In this document: one piece after another, positions 18,794 to 28,387 of the stretch | Layout of the letters: every line of letters starts with the position of its first letter | Numbering within the stretch: the stretch's first letter is position 1 | DNA from: Alphaproteobacteria bacterium | GTDB taxonomy: Bacteria; Pseudomonadota; Alphaproteobacteria; Rickettsiales; UBA1997 | Length of the DNA stretch: 51,906 nt | Assembly (NCBI GenBank): GCA_030835745.1 | Contig: JAUROA010000027.1 | Span: 1 to 51,906, forward strand | Direction: 5' to 3' | The notes under the pieces: model-generated | What the model was told of the DNA's origin: nothing | Databases searched by the model: none | The model's input: the letters and a program-made list of their open reading frames with translations, nothing else | Translations under genes and position numbers: made by a program

Positions 18794-21135
18794 AATATTG
18801 CAGGCATTGCAACGCTAAAAGCTATAATGAAGATTTTTGCTGCATAGGATGCAGCGCTGCTTATAAATTAGTCAAAAAATTAGGTCTTGGTAAATATTAC
18901 GAATTAAAGACTAATGATTTTGGACATATCAAGCCTGATTTAGACAATATAATTGATATTGATAAATTTGTTACTAAAAATAGCGATGATAGCTTTGAAA
19001 TAATTGTTAATATTCAAGGTGTTCATTGTGGAGCTTGTATTTGGCTTATTGAAACAATTCTTAAAAAAAACCCAGATATAATATCATCTCGAGTTAATCT
19101 TACGCAAAAAACACTTTATATTAAATGGCGCAATGGAGTAGATAATTTTTATAAAATAACTAGCAATATAACAAAAATTGGTTATAAGCTACTACCAATA
19201 GATAAAGAAATTATAACAAAAAATCAAGATCAAGATGAAAAATCTTTGTTACTATCTCTAGCAATTGCCGGCTTTGGCGCAGGAAATCTTATGCTATTAT
19301 CTTTTGGGCTGTGGTTTTCGTCTCATTACGATATGGGGCTTTATACTAGAAATTTATTACATTTTTTTTCAGCAATAATTGCTATCCCTGTAATAATATA
19401 TGCTAGTAAACCCTTTGCAAAATCTGCAATAAATTCTATTAAAGCTGGATATCCAAATATGGATTTTGTCATAATGATAGCTATAATATTAACCACAATT
19501 GCTAGTGTAATAAAGACATTTCAAGGTGCTTGGCATATATATTTCGATTCTGCGGTAATGTTAATATTTTTCTTGCTAATAGGGAAATTTCTTGAGCAAA
19601 AAGTTAGAAGAAGAGCATTTAATATCGCCAATGAATTCATGCTACTAAATTCAAGTTATGGCAGAGTATTAATTGATGATAAAATTCAAATATTGCCAAT
19701 GAATCAACTTAAAAAGGATATGGTTCTAATAATTGCCAGTGGTGAAAAAATATCAGCTGATGGAATAATTATTGAAGGTGAAAGCGAAATTGATAACTCG
19801 CTAATTAATGGAGAATCTGAACCAAAATCAGTTAAAATTAATGATCATGTATATGCTGGAACAATTAATCTAGGATCGCCAATAAAAGTTTTGATAATAA
19901 AAGAACAAGATCAATCAATATTATCGCAAATAATAAAATTAACTCAAAAAATTGATAATAATAAAAATAAATTTATCAAAATTTCAGATAAATTAGCTAA
20001 ATTATATATACCTATATCTCATATTTTTGCTATATCAACATTTATATTTTGGTATAAATATCAAAATAATATAGATTTAGCATTTAGCAACTCTATAGCT
20101 GTATTAATAATAACTTGCCCCTGTGCATTAGCCTTGGCAATTCCTATTGTGCAAACAATACTCACTTCAAAAATGCTAAAAAAAGGCATAATAATAAAGT
20201 CAGGAGAAGTAATTGAATTATTACCAAAAATTAATACCTTAATATTTGACAAAACTGGCACCTTAACATGCGGCAAACCAATATTACAAAATATTTTTCA
20301 AATTAAAGATAACAAATTAGAAAATATATCGCCAATCGATCAAAAGAAATTTCTTAAAATTGCTGCTTCTTTATGCCAGAATAGTCGTCATCCTATTGCT
20401 CAATCTATTTTAGATCAACATCAAGATAATTTTTACAATTTTAAAACTAAAGAAATTAAAGGCCAAGGACTTAGTGCAAAATATAGAAATAATCAAATTT
20501 TTTTCGGAAAGGCTAAATTTTGCCAAATTAAAGAAAAATCTTATCAGTATTTATCAAAAAAAGGTAATTTAAATTGCTATCTTAAATATAAAGATCACCA
20601 ATTATTATTTACTTTTCATGATCAATTAAAAGAAGATGCTAAAGAAGTTGTTAAAGATCTTCAAAAAACAAATAACATTATATTACTTTCTGGAGATAAT
20701 GAATATAATGTTAAAAAAATTGCTGAAGAGCTTAACATAAAAAAATATTATTATAATTACGACCCTATTAAAAAAGCGAAATTTCTCAAAAAATTAGCAA
20801 AAAAAGAAAAATTTGCCATGATTGGTGACGGAATTAATGATGCGCTATCTTTACAGATAGCAGATATATCTATTTCATTTAATAATGCCTCTGACATAGC
20901 TCAATCAATATCAGACATCATTATTCAAGGCGATAAATTATATCCAATAGTACAAATTACTAAATCATCAAATAATTCTGTAAAAATTATGAAACAAAAT
21001 TTAATATTATCCCTGCTATATAACACTCTTGCAGTGCCATTTGCTATGGCTGGCTATATAGTACCACTTTTTGCAGCTTTAGCAATGTCTTCATCTTCTA
21101 TTTTAGTTACCCTTAACTCATTAAGAACAAAATAA
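18790..21135 (+). CDS. fixI: FixI/CcoI-type copper P1B-ATPase
   Basis: N-terminal CRHC..FCC.GC, HCGAC metal-binding domain, YFDSA, CPC, DKTGT, GDGIND, MSSSS. Confidence 0.9.
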   Translation: MKYCRHCNAKSYNEDFCCIGCSAAYKLVKKLGLGKYYELKTNDFGHIKPDLDNIIDIDKFVTKNSDDSFEIIVNIQGVHCGACIWLIETILKKNPDIISSRVNLTQKTLYIKWRNGVDNFYKITSNITKIGYKLLPIDKEIITKNQDQDEKSLLLSLAIAGFGAGNLMLLSFGLWFSSHYDMGLYTRNLLHFFSAIIAIPVIIYASKPFAKSAINSIKAGYPNMDFVIMIAIILTTIASVIKTFQGAWHIYFDSAVMLIFFLLIGKFLEQKVRRRAFNIANEFMLLNSSYGRVLIDDKIQILPMNQLKKDMVLIIASGEKISADGIIIEGESEIDNSLINGESEPKSVKINDHVYAGTINLGSPIKVLIIKEQDQSILSQIIKLTQKIDNNKNKFIKISDKLAKLYIPISHIFAISTFIFWYKYQNNIDLAFSNSIAVLIITCPCALALAIPIVQTILTSKMLKKGIIIKSGEVIELLPKINTLIFDKTGTLTCGKPILQNIFQIKDNKLENISPIDQKKFLKIAASLCQNSRHPIAQSILDQHQDNFYNFKTKEIKGQGLSAKYRNNQIFFGKAKFCQIKEKSYQYLSKKGNLNCYLKYKDHQLLFTFHDQLKEDAKEVVKDLQKTNNIILLSGDNEYNVKKIAEELNIKKYYYNYDPIKKAKFLKKLAKKEKFAMIGDGINDALSLQIADISISFNNASDIAQSISDIIIQGDKLYPIVQITKSSNNSVKIMKQNLILSLLYNTLAVPFAMAGYIVPLFAALAMSSSSILVTLNSLRTK

Positions 21136-21151
21136 TAGCTAAAAATTAAAA

Positions 21152-21571
21152 TTATTTTATGGCATCTTTAACTTCGGGAGGCATATAATTTTCATCATGC
21201 TTAACTAAAAGCTCTGCTGCAATAAATATATCATCTACCATCCGCCCCTTGGCAACAACACCCTGCCCCTCTCTAAATAAATTAGGCAAAATTCCTTTAT
21301 AATAAACTTTTATTTCATTTTTATTATCAGAGATGATAAAATCAGATTCAATTGAGTTTATTTTTGAAACTGAGCCCTTTTTTACAAGACCACCCACTCT
21401 AAATATTTCTTTACTAGTTTTTTTACCAATCTCAGGCTGCAAAAGCTCAGTTGGTGAATAAAAAAATACAATATTGTTACGAAAATTAACTATAATAAGC
21501 AGTAATGCAATAATTGAAATTATAAAAATTAAAGCAACAAATAAAATTCTTTGTTTTTTGGCTTTTTGCAT
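21152..21571 (-). CDS. ccmE: Cytochrome c maturation heme chaperone
   Basis: FFYSPTE, RVGGLV, LPNLFREGQGVV, KHDENYMPPEV. Confidence 0.97.
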   Translation of the reverse strand: MQKAKKQRILFVALIFIISIIALLLIIVNFRNNIVFFYSPTELLQPEIGKKTSKEIFRVGGLVKKGSVSKINSIESDFIISDNKNEIKVYYKGILPNLFREGQGVVAKGRMVDDIFIAAELLVKHDENYMPPEVKDAIK

Positions 21572-21579
21572 ATATTTAT

Positions 21580-21608
21580 TTGCTTTAAATATTAATTTAT
21601 GATATAAT
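21580..21608 (+). promoter_or_regulatory. sigma70 promoter for the 927-aa orphan
   Basis: TTGCTT (21580-85), 17-bp spacer, TATAAT (21603-08), with extended -10 TG at 21600-01. Confidence 0.55.
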
Positions 21609-21648
21609 AATAATTATAAATTATTTTACCAGTTTATTTTAAATAACT

Positions 21649-24432
21649 ATGGAAGAAATTATTGATGATGCATTAAGTAATGTAGGAGAAACTGAGCAAG
21701 ATGGAGGCCTCATTACCCCTCAAATAACAGGTGATGCTGAATTTGAAGAAAAAAAATTAAAGAAAGCAAAAGCTAAATATATATTTGGATCAAATCCCTT
21801 AATATTCGCCTCAGATGATGATGACATTACAATCAGATATAAAAAAAAAGACGAAAGTCATAAATTATTTTTCCAAGAGTGCGACCATTCAAGATTTCAT
21901 TACACATTAGATAGGCTACCATCTTCAATAGAAGATAAAAGAAAGGAGTCATTATTAGTTAAAATTAACAAATCTCCTATATTTACTCAAGAAACATTAG
22001 AATATAAAGAATTATATAGCATTATTAGCAGAAATGGTAAAGATTATACCATGTCATATATTACCAAAGCTGAGTTTGATAAGCAAATTAAACCAGAAGC
22101 TAGCTCTAAATCTAGATGGGATATGATAAAAGATATATACGCTAGTAATAAAACTTACCTAAAATCATTAACACCTCAAATCACTGATATAGATATTGAT
22201 ACAATAGGTGATAACGATTTTGAAAATCAATCTAAAATTATTGAAGATTATTATAAATATTTTAATGATAAAAATTACGCTTCATTAACATGCACCACTG
22301 ATAAAATAAGAGAAGGGGATTATGAAGAACTAAAAAAATTAATAGACCCAGAATCAATAATCGAACCATTTACTCAATCACAAAATTTATATCTTAGTTT
22401 GAATGAAATGACTCTTGAACCTGATGGTTACTATAAATATAAACCACCAACCTCTAAAGATGATGAAATAAAGCAAAAATTAGAAAATCTATATAATTTA
22501 GTACAAAGAAAAGCAGAAGAAATTTATGACCCAACTTCTGAATCAAAGGCATATATAGAACTGCATAGGTTAAATCATTTTATATATCAATTAAAAGAAG
22601 GTAATCGATTCAAATATGGCAAAATTGATAAAGAATTTTCATCTTATCACGATAAAATAGTAGAGCAGTTAAATGAATATAAAGATAATTTTGAAAAAGC
22701 ATTTAGATCAGAATCATATAATGAAATTAAAAGAGAATTCAATAAGTTAAATCAAGCATTACAACATAAACAAAAACTCTTCCGCTTTCCTCAACTAAAA
22801 CATTTTAGTAATTGTGACTCTTTTGCAACAGAAGCAAAAGATGCTGAAATTAAAGCACAATTTTCAACAAAACCAAATGATGCTGCAATTAAAGCACAAA
22901 AAGAAATCTGTGAAGAACTGGATAGTGCAAAGCGAAAACTGGAAAACGAAAGAGTAAAACTTAAAAGTAAATCAGATCAAGATAGTAAAAAGAAAATAGA
23001 AGAATATGATAAAATAATTGCAATAATTGATGAAATAAAAAAAGATGTTAATGAATTAAATAAAGAAAATACCACTAAACACAATAATTTAGCGCCAATT
23101 ATAAAAAAAATTGAAGCATTTAAAAAAAATTATCAAGATGGTAAATATCCTTTTTTTAAGAAGATTATTAGAGGATCAACTAGTGATAACACAAATGGAG
23201 ACGACGAACGAAACAATTGTTTATCAGCTTATAATGCTATTATTCTAATTTCAACTGAAGATAAACAAAAAATCCTGGCAAGCCCAATTCACCAAACATT
23301 ATCAATAATTGATAAAAAAATACCAAAAAAAACAAGCTGCTTTTCATGTTGTTCACCTCTTTTAAATTCGATATCATACGTTGGAAGTAGATTACACTCA
23401 CAAAAAACTTCCACAGATCAAAATATAACTATTAAAGAAGCATTTAAAAGAATTAACAATATTAATGCTAGTCAGTTACGCAAAGATTTAGGGGATCAAA
23501 TTGATAATTTACATCCATTATTTAAAGCATATGTAGAAATATCTAGTATAACTGATGCAATTGGTTGCCATCCTTGGAATACAAATCGAAACCCGTATAA
23601 AAAAAAGATCAAAAAAAAATTACAAGAAATACTCAAAGATGAGAATTACAACATTAAAGCAGAAAGCAAGTCAGACCTTGAGCAAAAACTAAAAAAAATT
23701 TCTGAGTGCCAAGAATTAATTGAAAAGGAACAAGAATATCACGATACAAAAGAATCACCACATGACATTAGAAATAAATATCGTGAAGCCAATAATTCCC
23801 TTGATCTATTAAAACAAGAATTAATTGAAAATGCTAAATCACATGAAGAAAGCTCAATATATAAAACATTATCAGCATCAAGAAAAAAGAGTAGTTACAA
23901 GGTTGGGCCAGGTTTATTTACTTTTTGCAAGGATAGCTCCACTAATAGCAGTCAATTAATAATAAATTATGACAAGCTAGAGCAATCTGATCATAATATT
24001 TTTTACTATTGCTTAGGAGAAAAAGGCGGCTATACCCATTATATAAGAATTGGAGTTTCAAAAGGAGGTGAAGAAACAATCTATAAACAAGGCTCAAAGC
24101 AAACAACAAAAAAATTTCAAAAAGGTCAAATAATAATGGACGAGTCAACTATCGTCAGAGTTAAAACAGGTCAAGAACATGTTAATTTTGAAACAATTAA
24201 TTCTAAAACAGATCCAGAAATTCAAAAAGAGTTTAAAAAATTAAATATGTCAATAATGACTGCGAAAGAAGGAAAATTAAAGGAAGCAGCAATTATATCT
24301 CGCTCTGAACAAATAATATTGCAAGATAATAGCAGCTCATTAATCAAGGCTCCATCAACTAGCCCATCAATATCTCGTAGCGCATCAATTACTGCTGCCT
24401 CCCCTGCTGTCGAGTCCGCTAGAGTAGCTTAA
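21649..24432 (+). CDS. Large hypothetical protein (927 aa), effector-like
   Basis: Long K/E-rich helical ORF, Cys cluster SCFSCCSP, Ser/Ala/Pro-rich tail; no recognisable family. Confidence 0.8.
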   Translation: MEEIIDDALSNVGETEQDGGLITPQITGDAEFEEKKLKKAKAKYIFGSNPLIFASDDDDITIRYKKKDESHKLFFQECDHSRFHYTLDRLPSSIEDKRKESLLVKINKSPIFTQETLEYKELYSIISRNGKDYTMSYITKAEFDKQIKPEASSKSRWDMIKDIYASNKTYLKSLTPQITDIDIDTIGDNDFENQSKIIEDYYKYFNDKNYASLTCTTDKIREGDYEELKKLIDPESIIEPFTQSQNLYLSLNEMTLEPDGYYKYKPPTSKDDEIKQKLENLYNLVQRKAEEIYDPTSESKAYIELHRLNHFIYQLKEGNRFKYGKIDKEFSSYHDKIVEQLNEYKDNFEKAFRSESYNEIKREFNKLNQALQHKQKLFRFPQLKHFSNCDSFATEAKDAEIKAQFSTKPNDAAIKAQKEICEELDSAKRKLENERVKLKSKSDQDSKKKIEEYDKIIAIIDEIKKDVNELNKENTTKHNNLAPIIKKIEAFKKNYQDGKYPFFKKIIRGSTSDNTNGDDERNNCLSAYNAIILISTEDKQKILASPIHQTLSIIDKKIPKKTSCFSCCSPLLNSISYVGSRLHSQKTSTDQNITIKEAFKRINNINASQLRKDLGDQIDNLHPLFKAYVEISSITDAIGCHPWNTNRNPYKKKIKKKLQEILKDENYNIKAESKSDLEQKLKKISECQELIEKEQEYHDTKESPHDIRNKYREANNSLDLLKQELIENAKSHEESSIYKTLSASRKKSSYKVGPGLFTFCKDSSTNSSQLIINYDKLEQSDHNIFYYCLGEKGGYTHYIRIGVSKGGEETIYKQGSKQTTKKFQKGQIIMDESTIVRVKTGQEHVNFETINSKTDPEIQKEFKKLNMSIMTAKEGKLKEAAIISRSEQIILQDNSSSLIKAPSTSPSISRSASITAASPAVESARVA

Positions 24433-24619
24433 ACAAATATTTCCTACCAAGATTAACATCAGCTTAAATGATACTGCTATAATTTTTAATAATTACTATG
24501 AAAAATAATGTTGATATTATTATACTTAAAAAATAATTTTTTAATATTTAATTATTAATCTTAGTATTATTATTAATTAAAAGTAATTCTGATTAATATA
24601 AAATTAAATAATCTCAAGA

Positions 24620-25753
24620 ATGATTTTTAGAGTAAGACGCAATTTGCGCTTACAAAATGTTGTAAGTAATGAAGTCTCTGCCAAATCAAAACTCATCACC
24701 TCACTTATAGTTCTAGTTCTTATTTTATTACTACATAGTATAGCTATGGTAAATTTTGAGAAGATGGAATTTCGCGATGCATTATGGCTATCATTAACAT
24801 CAGTGACAACTGTTGGATATGGCGATTTTAGCGCACAAACAAATTGGGGCAGATTATCAACAATTTGCTTGCTTTATATAATAGGTATTGCAATTTTGGC
24901 TCAAGCAGCCACAACTTACTTTGATTATAGAATCGAATATCGTAATCGTGTTCAATATGGAAAATTAAATTGGAAAATGAAAAATCACATTGTTTTTGTA
25001 AACTGCCCTAAAGAAACTGCAGAAAATTTCTTCTATCAAGCTATTACTGGACTCAGAAAAAGCTGTGCTGCTTTTTCCAATCTTCCAGTTGCCATAGTTA
25101 GCGACAGTTTTAATCATGGTATTCCGTCTAGACTTCAGAAACTAGATGTTGTTTATGTTAATCATAAAAATCTTAATGACGAAGCTATTAACGCTTCTTG
25201 CTTGCTTAAAGCCAAAATTGTAGTTATCTTATCTCGCAATAGATTTGACAGTAACTCTGATAGTATCAATTTTGAAATTACTGATCGTATTAGAGATTTA
25301 GGCTTTAAAGGCAGAATTGTTGCCGAAGTAATGCATGATGAAAACAGAAAAAGACTAATAAAAGCTGGCGCTGATAATGTATTACGACCAATTAGAACTT
25401 ATCCGGAAATGCTAATGAGGGCTATATTAGCACCTGGATCAGAAAGTATTATGGAAACAATATTTAACAGTAATGGTGAAGAATGTATTCGCTATGATGT
25501 AGATATTAATATTAAATGGCTTGATGTTATAATTAGATTAGCATCTAAAAATCATGGAATTCCAATTGCTTACCTTAATCATAAAGACGAAATCATAAAC
25601 AACCCTCCCCCAACTTCAAAAGTTCACATCAAGGCAATATATGTATTAGTTAATGAAGGTAAGAAAAAAACAGATAAACAAATATCAACAATTCTTCATG
25701 AAACAACTTTGAAGAGAATTAAATCTAAAGTTAAAAAAAGGATTAAAAAATAA
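24620..25753 (+). CDS. Two-TM potassium channel with RCK (TrkA-N) domain
   Basis: Selectivity filter TTVGYGD, then a Rossmann-like RCK domain (NHIVF, RIVAEV, AGADNVLRP). Confidence 0.92.
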   Translation: MIFRVRRNLRLQNVVSNEVSAKSKLITSLIVLVLILLLHSIAMVNFEKMEFRDALWLSLTSVTTVGYGDFSAQTNWGRLSTICLLYIIGIAILAQAATTYFDYRIEYRNRVQYGKLNWKMKNHIVFVNCPKETAENFFYQAITGLRKSCAAFSNLPVAIVSDSFNHGIPSRLQKLDVVYVNHKNLNDEAINASCLLKAKIVVILSRNRFDSNSDSINFEITDRIRDLGFKGRIVAEVMHDENRKRLIKAGADNVLRPIRTYPEMLMRAILAPGSESIMETIFNSNGEECIRYDVDINIKWLDVIIRLASKNHGIPIAYLNHKDEIINNPPPTSKVHIKAIYVLVNEGKKKTDKQISTILHETTLKRIKSKVKKRIKK

Positions 25754-25755
25754 TA

Positions 25756-25781
25756 GGGGTTCAAACGGGGGTTCAAACCCC
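25756..25781. repeat. GGGGTTCAAAC duplication ending in palindrome GGGGTT-CA-AACCCC (REP-like)
   Basis: Copies at 25756-25766 and 25768-25781; between convergent genes. Confidence 0.8.
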
Positions 25782-25879
25782 AATATTGTTAATATATTAG
25801 TTTAAATTCAGCGTTAGAAATTCAGCTATTCGCTTTCTTAGTTCCTCAATAATTTTCATCGATATTTATCTAAAAATAA

Positions 25880-28387
25880 TTAACGATAGATTTTTACTAT
25901 ATCATTATTATTTTCCTTTATAATCTCAATATCATCAATATTACAGACATTTTTCATGTCATCTACTAATAAATCAAGATCATAAAGTGAGTAAATTGTA
26001 ACTTTTTTTAAGCCAACCTTCATTGATAAATTATGCTCAGATTTATATTTTCTAATTTGAGCAATAATTCTAATTGCTTCATCTCCATTATCCCCTTGGC
26101 CATTAACTTCCTGGTCATTATTTTTAAAAATATTGCCATGAGCTACAGGCCAGTTATTATTGCTATTAAGCGATTTAATTTTTTGAAATTCTTCACAGTA
26201 AATATTTGAATATAATTCATCGCAAATATGTGGAATAAAAGGAGCAAATAACTTTAAAATATTTTGTAAACATATATTTAAGGTTATAATCGCACTTTTT
26301 TGCCCTAATATTATTTGATCTTTTTGATCATTATCTAATTCAATATCTTGATATTTTAAAGCATTAATTCCATAGGCTCTGACTTTGCATATTTCAAGAT
26401 AATTATCGCAAAAATCACTCCAGAAAAAATCCTCAACAACTTGCCTTGCCTTGGCATATTCAAATTTTTCAAAATAATTTGTGGCCGATATTATGATTTT
26501 ATTAAGCTTTAATATAACCCATTGATCAAAATTATTAATAATTGCACTATAATCATTTTGATATTTTATAACAGAAATATTATTAACAAATTTAGCTGCA
26601 TTAAATATTTTTGTGACCAGCTTTTTTCCTATCTTCATAACATCTTCACTATATGCGCTATCAGCGCCTAAATTTGATGTTGAAGCCCAATATCTAACTA
26701 CATCGCAACCATGATTTTCTATTAAATTTATTGGAGTAATTACATTACCTTTAGATTTACTCATTTTTGTTTTATCCGCAGCAAGACACCAGCCAGAAAT
26801 CATTAGATTTTTCCATGGTATTGTATTTTCATGAATAAGAGCTTTAACAATTGTGTAAAATGACCATGTTCTTATAATTTCATGAGCTTGGGGGCGTAAG
26901 TCAGCAGGAAATAACTTTTTATGCCTGTCATTTTCCCCTAAATCAATATCGCTACTAATTCCATGACTTGATAATTGAGGCGAAATTGAAGATGTTGCCC
27001 ATGTATCCATTATATCTTTTTCGTAATCAACTTCTTTTCTATCATATCCATAAGGAAGATCAATTTCAGGATCAACAGGCAATTGATCAATATCAGCTAT
27101 AATAATTTTACCCTCTTCTCCTTTTCTTTTGGAGTACCAAATAGGAAATTTAACTCCAAAAAATCTTTGACGAGAAATACACCAATCCCATGAAAGACCC
27201 TCAATCCATTGCTCAATCCTTGTTCTCATATAATCAGGATACCAATTACACTCTCTGGACTTGGCAATTAATTGTTGTTTTTTGTCTAAAATATTTATAA
27301 ACCATTGCGACGCAACAAGTATTTCAATTGCAACACCCGATCTTTCAGCACATTTAATTGATCTAATTATTGTTTCTTGCTTCAATAATAATTTTTTGGC
27401 CTTTAATTGATTAATAATTTGCTCCTTATATTGCTTAATATTAAGACCTTCTATTTTTCCACTATTATCAATTATTATTTTTAGCTCTAAATTATGCTTA
27501 CGCCACCATTTAATGTCAGTTTCATCTCCAAAGGTACAACACATAACTGCACCAGTTCCTTTGTCAATTTGCACTAAATCATCTGCAATAATTGGCACTT
27601 CAACATCAAAAAGTGCAGTTAAAATTTTTTTACCAATAAATTTCTGATATCTTTTATCATCAGGATGCACCATAACTGCAACACAAGCTTTTAATAACTC
27701 AGGTCTGGTGGTCATTATAGTAATTTTTTGATTACTATCTTTGAAGCTAAATTCGATATCATTCATTACACCTTCAACCTCTTTATCAATCAAATCTGCC
27801 TGAGCTAATGCGGTTTTGTCGACTATGTCCCAAAATACAGGCTCTAATTTTTTTTCAGCCATTCCTTTATTGTAAATATCAATAAAGGAGGCCTGAGATA
27901 TTTTCTGCGATTTTAGTGAAATAGTTTGATATTTTTGCGACCAATCTACTGATAAAGCAATTTCATTAAATAAATTTTCAAAATCTTTTTCAGCCAGATC
28001 AACAATTTCATGACATTTTTTAACAAAAGAGCCTTTGCCATTTTCTTGCTCGTAAATATTGGCTTTCTTTTTAAGAGTTTTTTCAACCAATCTTTCTGTT
28101 GGCAGTCCATTATCATCAAAACCCATTGGGTAAAAAACATCCTTTCCTAACATTCTCTGATATCTGGCAATAAAATCTGCTTGCACATAAGAAAATACAT
28201 GACCCATATGAAGCACTCCTGAAATAGTTGGTGGTGGTGTGTCAATTATAAAGCTATTTGATTTTGGCTGATTATTTTGCCATTTATATATTTTATGATC
28301 CTGCCAATATTTCTGCCATTTTTTTTCAATTTCTTGATGATTATATTTAGCTGCTAGTGAGTTTTTATTATTTTTTAATTCTGACAT
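25880..28387 (-). CDS. valS: Valyl-tRNA synthetase (short, archaeal/type 2 form)
   Basis: DTPPPTISG.LHMGH, DWCISRQR, LRPQAHEIIRTW, KMSKSKGN; lacks the C-terminal coiled-coil arm. Confidence 0.97.
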   Translation of the reverse strand: MSELKNNKNSLAAKYNHQEIEKKWQKYWQDHKIYKWQNNQPKSNSFIIDTPPPTISGVLHMGHVFSYVQADFIARYQRMLGKDVFYPMGFDDNGLPTERLVEKTLKKKANIYEQENGKGSFVKKCHEIVDLAEKDFENLFNEIALSVDWSQKYQTISLKSQKISQASFIDIYNKGMAEKKLEPVFWDIVDKTALAQADLIDKEVEGVMNDIEFSFKDSNQKITIMTTRPELLKACVAVMVHPDDKRYQKFIGKKILTALFDVEVPIIADDLVQIDKGTGAVMCCTFGDETDIKWWRKHNLELKIIIDNSGKIEGLNIKQYKEQIINQLKAKKLLLKQETIIRSIKCAERSGVAIEILVASQWFINILDKKQQLIAKSRECNWYPDYMRTRIEQWIEGLSWDWCISRQRFFGVKFPIWYSKRKGEEGKIIIADIDQLPVDPEIDLPYGYDRKEVDYEKDIMDTWATSSISPQLSSHGISSDIDLGENDRHKKLFPADLRPQAHEIIRTWSFYTIVKALIHENTIPWKNLMISGWCLAADKTKMSKSKGNVITPINLIENHGCDVVRYWASTSNLGADSAYSEDVMKIGKKLVTKIFNAAKFVNNISVIKYQNDYSAIINNFDQWVILKLNKIIISATNYFEKFEYAKARQVVEDFFWSDFCDNYLEICKVRAYGINALKYQDIELDNDQKDQIILGQKSAIITLNICLQNILKLFAPFIPHICDELYSNIYCEEFQKIKSLNSNNNWPVAHGNIFKNNDQEVNGQGDNGDEAIRIIAQIRKYKSEHNLSMKVGLKKVTIYSLYDLDLLVDDMKNVCNIDDIEIIKENNNDIVKIYR

